From positions 32,001-96,000 of the IMG/VR virus record IMGVR_UViG_3300014613_000001: DNA of 64,000 nucleotides. One strand, 5' to 3'. Under the pieces are notes generated by a model. That model made no database searches. It saw only the letters and a program-made list of their open reading frames with translations, and was not told the DNA's origin. The translations under genes were made by a program, and so were the position numbers. The DNA comes from a virus. This document shows positions 57,494 to 64,000 of the stretch, piece after piece (within the stretch, counting starts at the first letter, position 1; the number at the start of each line of letters is the position of its first letter).

Positions 57494-59359
57494 ATGTTTG
57501 GATATGGAGAACCGGTTGGTGCACAGCAGTCCCAGACCTCGGGCCGTATTCGGGGCTCGGGGAGGATCGAGGGGGTCAAGTACCCCTCGCCATTTTTTGA
57601 TCTGGCGCACACGTACCTGCCGAGCTCGGTCAAGCAGCTGTTTCAGTGGTGTCGGTATTTCTATCTGACAAACCCGCTGATCGCGACCGTCGTCAACAAA
57701 TTGGCCGAGTACCCGATCACCGATCTCGTGATCGACACTAATAATAAAGGGCTCAAGGACAAGTGGCAGGGGTTTTTTGATGACGACATCTTTTTGCAGC
57801 CGAGTCTGATCGACATCGGTCTGTTCTACACATGCTACGGGAACGCGTTGATATCCCTGAGCTTCCCGTTCGTCAAGTGGCTCAAGTGCGAGAAGTGCAA
57901 ACATGAGGTTCAGGCGAAGGAGGCGACGTACCAGTTTCGGGGGTGTAAGTTCCGCCTCACTTGCAAGAAGTGTGATCATCAAGGTGTAGCCGAGGTTCGT
58001 GATCAGTCGCTCTCCACAACATTCGGATCGCGTTTGATCCTCTGGAACCCAGAGGACATTGACATTCAGTACAACGATCTCACCGGAGAGACCGTGTACT
58101 ACTACACGCTCCCTGCGCATCTGAAGAGCGCCATTCGGGTCGGACGACGAGAAGTAGTCGACCGTTCTCCGCAGGTGTACATCGATGCGGTTCGTCTCAA
58201 TAAGTCGGTCGTCCTCGATGCTGACAACGTCTACCATCTCCGAAGGCCTTCGATCTTCACAGGTCGTTTGAACCGAGGATGGGGCACACCGCTTCTCATG
58301 CCGGTGCTGAAGGACACCTTCTATCTTCAGCTCATGAAGAAGGCGCAAGAGGCTGTGCTGCTCGAGCGCATGCTTCCTCTGAACGTCATATCCCCCGCCT
58401 CCGCAGCTCCAGGAGTGAATCCTTACGAGCTCACTAACCTGGATGATTGGCGAACTCACGTCATGGGGGAGATCATGAAGTGGCGGCGTGATCCTCTCTA
58501 CATCCCGGTCATGCCTCTGCCGCTCAATCACCAGGTCATCGGAGGGGATGGTCGAGCGTTGTTGCTCAACAACGAGATGCGTCAGATCTCGGATGTCATT
58601 GTGGCCGGGATCGGGTGCCCACCAGAGCTTGTCTACGGCGGGCTCTCTTGGTCGGGCTCCAACGTCAGTCTCCGGATCCTCGAGAACCAGTTTCTTAGGT
58701 ACCTGTCCGGCATGCTGCGCTTTATCAAGGTCTTCCTCATTCGACGAACCGCGGCGCACCTCGGTTGGCCGGCGGTGGATGCGCGGTTCAAGCCGTTCAA
58801 GATGGCTGACGATATCCAGCGCAAAGCGTTCATGCTGCAGGCCAATCAAGCGAAGTTGGTCAGCGACACGACTATGCGTGAAGAGATGGATCTCAGCCCG
58901 GATGGGGAAGATTCGCTCTTGAAGAGTGAGGTCAAGCGCCGTCTCGAGAGTATGGAAGAGCAGCAAATGGCCGAGGCCCAGATCGCCGGCAAAGCCAGTG
59001 TGCTCTCTGCGAAGTACGAGGCTCGTGCTCAGATGGCTCTGGCCGAAGAGCAGCAACAGATGAGTCAGGGAAGTTACGGTTCGGCTCAGGGCGAACCAGG
59101 CGCCGGCACAGCCGAGGCTCCGGTGTCTCCGGCACAGCCGGATGCAGCTCAGGGCGGATTCGCGCAGATGCTGCAGCGCCTACAACAGGTTTCTCCAGAC
59201 AGCCAGCAGGCGATCATCCAGCGCATCGCACAACAGAACCCACAGCTCGCCGAGACACTCTCCAAGCAGCTTCAGCCGGCCGCACCTTCCACAGACTCCT
59301 CTGCGGGTAAGCCCCTGCCAGAACAGCTTCCACCGCGGCGTGCAGCCAGCCCCGTGTGA
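57494..59359 (+). CDS. Portal-like protein
   Basis: NPLIATVVNKLAEYP, YTCYGNAL, GWGTPLL..VL, Q/A-rich C-terminal tail; size and architecture are typical of portals. Confidence 0.6.
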   Translation: MFGYGEPVGAQQSQTSGRIRGSGRIEGVKYPSPFFDLAHTYLPSSVKQLFQWCRYFYLTNPLIATVVNKLAEYPITDLVIDTNNKGLKDKWQGFFDDDIFLQPSLIDIGLFYTCYGNALISLSFPFVKWLKCEKCKHEVQAKEATYQFRGCKFRLTCKKCDHQGVAEVRDQSLSTTFGSRLILWNPEDIDIQYNDLTGETVYYYTLPAHLKSAIRVGRREVVDRSPQVYIDAVRLNKSVVLDADNVYHLRRPSIFTGRLNRGWGTPLLMPVLKDTFYLQLMKKAQEAVLLERMLPLNVISPASAAPGVNPYELTNLDDWRTHVMGEIMKWRRDPLYIPVMPLPLNHQVIGGDGRALLLNNEMRQISDVIVAGIGCPPELVYGGLSWSGSNVSLRILENQFLRYLSGMLRFIKVFLIRRTAAHLGWPAVDARFKPFKMADDIQRKAFMLQANQAKLVSDTTMREEMDLSPDGEDSLLKSEVKRRLESMEEQQMAEAQIAGKASVLSAKYEARAQMALAEEQQQMSQGSYGSAQGEPGAGTAEAPVSPAQPDAAQGGFAQMLQRLQQVSPDSQQAIIQRIAQQNPQLAETLSKQLQPAAPSTDSSAGKPLPEQLPPRRAASPV

Positions 59360-59368
59360 TAACCAGCT

Positions 59369-59406
59369 AAAAAGAAGGGGTGGGGAGGTCCGAAGACGTC
59401 CCCACC
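59369..59406 (-). terminator. Intrinsic terminator-like hairpin (- strand)
   Basis: GGTGGGGA..TCCCCACC stem with an A-tract on its left side (U-tract on the - strand). Confidence 0.55.
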
Positions 59407-59513
59407 TCTGGCTGCACCGAGGACTTAGTCCCGGTACAACCACTGTTCAGGCCGGCTCGTCAGCACCCTGAGAAAGGTAACGAGAAAAGCCAGCGCGAAC
59501 AGTGCCCACACAG

Positions 59514-59636
59514 CTACTCGTCCTCGCCCGAGTAGCCCAGGGATTCATCCACGCTGTCTTCGAGATCCCCGCAGGGATCGTCGAAGACCTCCTCATCGTC
59601 GTCACCCCAGCGGGCGGCTCCTTTGTGCTCTTCCAT
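59514..59636 (-). CDS. Small highly acidic peptide (40 aa)
   Basis: MEEHKGAARWGDDDEEVFDDPCGDLEDSVDESLGYSGEDE; GAGG RBS; lies between the GGTATAAG motif and the terminator. Confidence 0.45.
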   Translation of the reverse strand: MEEHKGAARWGDDDEEVFDDPCGDLEDSVDESLGYSGEDE

Positions 59637-59681
59637 TTTGACCTCTGATCTGGGCCGCTAGATAGGCCCGGTTCCATTGCT

Positions 59682-59690
59682 CTTATACCT
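59682..59690 (-). promoter_or_regulatory. Candidate promoter AGGTATAAG
   Basis: Identical to 54049-54057. Confidence 0.45.
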
Positions 59691-59845
59691 GTTGGCTTGT
59701 TCCATTTGCGTGGGGCTGGTAGAGTGAGATCAGGTTAGACAAGGAGCCGACATGGCCAGATTTGACCCCGAAGGCGGACGTAGCTCTGCCAATGACGGGG
59801 ACGAGGGCGCGAGGTCGGAGAGCCGGAAGCACATGGGGGCACGTC

Positions 59846-62800
59846 ATGTCACGGCTTGACCCGAAAGACAGCTTTGCGGCACTGAAGGAAGGGGTGAAGA
59901 CGTCGATCAGTAGCACCTTCCCACAGGTTGGCGAAAAGAACACTCTTGATCTCGAGGACATCGAGATCACCGATGACATAAACGAGGCTGACTACACCGG
60001 GCAGAAGGACGCCAAGATCAACGGGCGAACTTGGGGCGTTCCTGTACACGCCACGATGGTGCTCAAGGACAATAAGACCGGGAAGGTTCTTGATCGGAGG
60101 CGACAGAAGATCGCCACGCTCCCAAAGGTGACCAATCGTTACTCCTACGTCGTCCAAGGATCAGAGTATCAGATCGACGGACAGTGGCGCCTTCGTCCAG
60201 GTGTCTACACGAAGGTCAAAGAGAACGGGGAGCTTGACTCGTTCTTCAACATCAAAGGGCGCCCGCTTCACGTAGGATTTGATCCTAAAGAGCGGAAGTT
60301 CAACATTCAGCATGGGGGCGCGAAGCCCCCACTCTATCCCGTCATGAAAGCTCTTGGTATCAGTGACGATACGCTGGAGAAGAAGTGGGGGAAGGATATC
60401 CTGGCTGCGAACCGGACAGATGCTCGAGGTCGGCCGCTCAAGGTCGACAAGGTGGCCATCGACTTTGCTCGTCGCATTGACCCTCGTGCAGAGGTAGAGA
60501 CCTTTGAAGACGCCTCTAGGGTCATCCAGACCAACTTTGAGCAGTCGGAGCTCCACCCCGAATCGACAAAGCGCACACTTGGAAAAAAGATCGATCGCGT
60601 CACTCCCGAAGCAGTGCTTCTCTCGTCGGGAAGACTCCTGGGGGTGGCTCGAGGAACTGAGAAGCCTGATGTTCGGGATTCGCTGGTGTTCAAGGACTTC
60701 CACGGTGTGGAGGATTTCGTCGCGGAGAGGATCACTGGACACGCTCCGACGATCGCAAGGCGGGTTGGGAATAACCTGGATAAGACCGACAAGATCAAGG
60801 ACATCGTCGGGCCCGACATGTACGATCGTCCGATCAAAGAATTCTTTGGGAAGGTGTCCCTGGCCAGTACACCTCCTCAGACAAATCCACTTCGAATGAT
60901 CTCTGGTCAGATGAAGACCACCATTGCTGGCGAGGGTGGTGTATCTGATGCGAATCGGATCACTGATGACGCAAAGCTCGTTGACCCATCGCACTTCGGA
61001 GTCCTCGATCCTCTGCACACACCTGAGTCTGTGAGCACGGGCGTTACCCTCCAGCTCACGCTAGGAGCTCGAAAGAAGGGAACTCAGATCGTAGTACCCC
61101 TGTACGATGTCAAGTCTGGGAAGACGAAGTTGGTCGATACCGCAGAGGTTCACGACTCGATCGTCGCGCTCCCGGATGAGGTACAGAAAGTAGGGGGTGT
61201 GTACGTTCCGAAGAAGGGTAACCGGGTGTTGGCGAGCATCGCCGGAAACGACATGCGGCCCACGGCCATGAAAGATGTGAAGTACATCGTTCCCCACTCG
61301 AGTCAAATGTTCTCGCTGGCGACCAACATGGTGCCCTTCATCAACAGTGATTCTCCAAACCGCGCCACGATGGCTGGGCGCCATATGGAGCAGACGATAC
61401 CCGTCGTCGACGGCGAGGTCCCGCTTGTTCAGTCCACGATCGGGGGGAAATCGTTCGACGAAATTATCGGTCGTTTTGCTTCCAGCAACGCGCCGGTGGG
61501 CGGAAAGGTAACGAAGATCACTGAAGATGCCGTCATGATGAAGTCGGATGACGGCAAGTCACATAAAATCCCGATCTACAACCACTACCCGCTCAATGAC
61601 AAGAAGGGATTTATGCACAGCACACCGACGGTCCAGGTCGGTGAACAGATCAAGAAGGGTCAGCTGCTCGCAGATACGAACTTCACGAAAGGCGGAGTGT
61701 ACGCCCCCGGGAAAAATCTGACCGTGGCGTACATGCCGTGGAAGGGTCTGAACTTCGAAGACGGTGTTATCGTGAGCGAAGAGGCCGCGGCGAAGATGAC
61801 CTCGATGCACATGCACAAGAAGGGGCTCTCGACGCGGGATGCGACTCTTGATGGGAAGAAGAAGTACCAAGCCCACTACCCGAATCAGCTGACGAAGGAA
61901 CGGGCCGAGAAGCTCGACGATGATGGCATCGTCCGTATCGGGCAGAAGGTCAAGCCGGGGGATGTGCTGATCGCAGCTCTTGGCGAGCAGGTGCTGACGA
62001 CTGAGCAGCAGAAGATGCGGCTCCTCCATCGCAGTCTTGTACAACCGAAGAAGGACAAGGCTGTGACCTGGCAGGAGGACTTCGAGGGCGAGGTCGTGGG
62101 GGTGAACCGACGTGGGAAGCACGTCGATGTCCATGTAAAGACTATCGAGCCCATGGAGATCGGAGACAAGCTCGTAGGCCGCCACGGAAACAAGGCGATC
62201 GTCACTGGTATCCTCGCCAAGGGTGAGATGCCTCAGACTCAGGATGGCCGACCTGTCGAGATCCTCATGAATCCGATTGGTACTCCGGGCCGCATGAACG
62301 TCGGACAGGTACTCGAGACAGCGGCTGGGAAGCTGGCGGAACACCGGGGTTCTCCTTACAAGGTCGAGAACTTCTCCGAGGAGGACAACCTCGAATCCGT
62401 TCGTAGTCAGCTTGCGGCAGCTGGCCTCGACGATAAGGAGGATCTGATCGACCCCGGCACGGGGAAGAAGATCCCCGGGGTACAAGTCGGGAAACAGTAC
62501 ATCCTGAAGATGGAGCACCAGGTCGGGAAGAAAATGGCGTCTCGTGAGCGTGATGCTTATGACCAGAACATGGTCCCTCGAGGTGGTGGGAAGCACGGAG
62601 CCCAAGCTCTTGGTGGGCTCGGCGTGTACGCCATGCTGGCTCACGGCGCGCGTGAGAACCTGCGTGAGATGCAGGTGAGCAAGACCGACAAGGATCAGAC
62701 GGACGAGCTGTGGACTGCCATCCAGACCGGAGAGCTCCTCCCGCCACCGAAGACGACCTTCGCCTACAATAAATTCAACGGGTACCTCAATGGAATGGGG

Positions 62801-64000
62801 GTGAACGTACACAAGGACGGCAACAGTCTGAACCTGATGCCGATGACGGACGCCGACGTGCTCAAGCTCTCGAACGGGGAGTTGAAGGACGCTGGGCGTG
62901 CCCTGAAGGCCAAGACGCTGAAGCCGGAAAAGGGTGGTCTCTTCGACGAGAAGATCACAGGTGGGATGGACGGGAAGAAGTGGGGCCACATCAGGCTCGC
63001 TGTACCTGTTCCGAACCCACTGTTTGAAAAGGCCGTCATGAGTCTGACAGGCCTCCGAGGACCGCAGTTCAATCGCATCATCGACGGCGACGCTGGTGTC
63101 ACGGAAGATGGGAAGATTGTTGACGAGGTTGGCGTGAAGGGGGCGGTCTACGGTCCCCCGGCTGTTGGCCGTCTCCTTGATAAAGTTGATGTCACGGCAA
63201 GTCTTGCCGAGGAAGAGAGTCGTCTGCCCAAGCTGAAGGGCCAACTCTTGAACGAGTCGGCCAAGAAGGTCAAGTACCTTCGAGCGTTGAAGAAGCTGGA
63301 TATGACGCCGACCGCGGCGTACATGACGCAGAACGTCCCTGTGTTGCCGCCTTCGATGCGTCCGATCTCTGTGATGGAGGACGGAAGCCTTCAGACGGAC
63401 GACCTCAACGAGCTCTACAAGGGCCTAGCGATCGTGAACGCGAAGCAGAGAGAGTTTCCAGCCGGGACTCCTGAGTCGCTCAAGGCTCCTATCGCTGCGA
63501 GTGTGTACGATCATATGAAGGCGTTGACGGGTAATGGCGGGACGCTCAACGCGAAGCACCCTGGCCTTCTGGAGATAATTGCCGGGAAGAACGGGCCCAA
63601 GACGGGCTTCGTCCAGAAGACGTTGATCAAGCGAAAGCAGGATCTCTCGGCGCGCTCGACCATTGTTCCTGATCCGACTCTCGGGCTTGACGAGGCGGCC
63701 ATTCCGCGGAAGGCCGCAAAGGAGATCTACAAGCCATTCATCGTCAAGGAGCTTCGAGCTATGGCCGGTACCTCACCGAACGAAGCCCGGAGGATGATTG
63801 ACGAGGATGACCCTCTTGCTCGAAGAGCGCTCGAACGTGTGGTAGAGAAGCGTCCGATCATTTTGAAGAGGGATCCGGTTTTGCACCGATACGGCGTCCA
63901 GGCGTTTAAGCCCAAACTTGTGGACGGTAAGGCGATCAAAATTCACCCTCTGGTGTGCTCGGGCTACAACGCGGACTTCGATGGGGACACCATGAGCGCC
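59846..64000 (+). CDS. Fused multisubunit RNA polymerase beta-beta' (3' partial)
   Basis: One frame with no stop: YVVQGSEY..LRPGVY, GDKLVGRHGNK, YILKMEH, GLFDEKI, WGHIRL, VPVLPPSMRP, DDLNELY, RKQDLSARSTI, RDPVLH, HPLVCSGYNADFDGD. Confidence 0.93.
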   Translation, partial: MSRLDPKDSFAALKEGVKTSISSTFPQVGEKNTLDLEDIEITDDINEADYTGQKDAKINGRTWGVPVHATMVLKDNKTGKVLDRRRQKIATLPKVTNRYSYVVQGSEYQIDGQWRLRPGVYTKVKENGELDSFFNIKGRPLHVGFDPKERKFNIQHGGAKPPLYPVMKALGISDDTLEKKWGKDILAANRTDARGRPLKVDKVAIDFARRIDPRAEVETFEDASRVIQTNFEQSELHPESTKRTLGKKIDRVTPEAVLLSSGRLLGVARGTEKPDVRDSLVFKDFHGVEDFVAERITGHAPTIARRVGNNLDKTDKIKDIVGPDMYDRPIKEFFGKVSLASTPPQTNPLRMISGQMKTTIAGEGGVSDANRITDDAKLVDPSHFGVLDPLHTPESVSTGVTLQLTLGARKKGTQIVVPLYDVKSGKTKLVDTAEVHDSIVALPDEVQKVGGVYVPKKGNRVLASIAGNDMRPTAMKDVKYIVPHSSQMFSLATNMVPFINSDSPNRATMAGRHMEQTIPVVDGEVPLVQSTIGGKSFDEIIGRFASSNAPVGGKVTKITEDAVMMKSDDGKSHKIPIYNHYPLNDKKGFMHSTPTVQVGEQIKKGQLLADTNFTKGGVYAPGKNLTVAYMPWKGLNFEDGVIVSEEAAAKMTSMHMHKKGLSTRDATLDGKKKYQAHYPNQLTKERAEKLDDDGIVRIGQKVKPGDVLIAALGEQVLTTEQQKMRLLHRSLVQPKKDKAVTWQEDFEGEVVGVNRRGKHVDVHVKTIEPMEIGDKLVGRHGNKAIVTGILAKGEMPQTQDGRPVEILMNPIGTPGRMNVGQVLETAAGKLAEHRGSPYKVENFSEEDNLESVRSQLAAAGLDDKEDLIDPGTGKKIPGVQVGKQYILKMEHQVGKKMASRERDAYDQNMVPRGGGKHGAQALGGLGVYAMLAHGARENLREMQVSKTDKDQTDELWTAIQTGELLPPPKTTFAYNKFNGYLNGMGVNVHKDGNSLNLMPMTDADVLKLSNGELKDAGRALKAKTLKPEKGGLFDEKITGGMDGKKWGHIRLAVPVPNPLFEKAVMSLTGLRGPQFNRIIDGDAGVTEDGKIVDEVGVKGAVYGPPAVGRLLDKVDVTASLAEEESRLPKLKGQLLNESAKKVKYLRALKKLDMTPTAAYMTQNVPVLPPSMRPISVMEDGSLQTDDLNELYKGLAIVNAKQREFPAGTPESLKAPIAASVYDHMKALTGNGGTLNAKHPGLLEIIAGKNGPKTGFVQKTLIKRKQDLSARSTIVPDPTLGLDEAAIPRKAAKEIYKPFIVKELRAMAGTSPNEARRMIDEDDPLARRALERVVEKRPIILKRDPVLHRYGVQAFKPKLVDGKAIKIHPLVCSGYNADFDGDTMSA

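Noticed and set aside
54000-57500. cas genes next to the array
   Set aside because: The flanking proteins show no Cas1/2/3/5/6/7 motifs.
57458-59056. 532-aa - strand ORF
   Set aside because: Shadow of the portal-like gene.
61559-63244. 561-aa - strand ORF (also 60161..61018)
   Set aside because: Antisense to the RNAP frame, which carries the catalytic motifs.
1-64000. tRNA/rRNA genes, reverse transcriptase/DGR, integrase, stop-codon reassignment
   Set aside because: No cloverleaf, rRNA, RT or integrase motifs seen; genes are full length under code 11 and several end in TAG.

Overview
This 64 kb window is almost certainly part of a large contractile-tailed dsDNA phage genome (GC-rich, standard genetic code, no cellular housekeeping genes). 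It has four blocks. (1) 1-34.4 kb, + strand: virion module with baseplate J-like and gp25-like proteins, two beta-helix tailspikes, a repeat-containing fibre and candidate lysis genes. It also carries a sigma-70-type factor and a 1111-aa multidomain protein (Cys-His-Asp domain, P-loop kinase, GNAT, LigD 3'-phosphoesterase, ATP-dependent DNA ligase). (2) 34.5-54 kb, - strand: replication/recombination operon with RusA, a Cas4-like nuclease, an Hjc-like nuclease, RecA, HU, PolA split by a 277-nt group I intron, an SSB-like protein, primase, an intein-containing DnaB-like helicase, an Hfq/Sm-like protein, DUF932, family-4 UDG and an SF2 helicase. (3) 54.1-59.4 kb, + strand: putative head-assembly genes with a portal-like protein, interrupted by a Cas-less, leaderless type I-E CRISPR mini-array (6 repeats, 5 spacers). 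(4) 59.8 kb to the end: one open frame encoding fused RNA polymerase beta and beta' domains, running off the window. The most novel-looking signal is a recurring F-x(1-4)-D-E-(L/M)-x-K-(I/L/E)-A / K-x-A motif. It occurs at the N-termini of several unrelated proteins and at the domain junctions of the ligase protein, which suggests a virion packaging/processing code. All product calls come from motif recognition by eye; no database searches were run.
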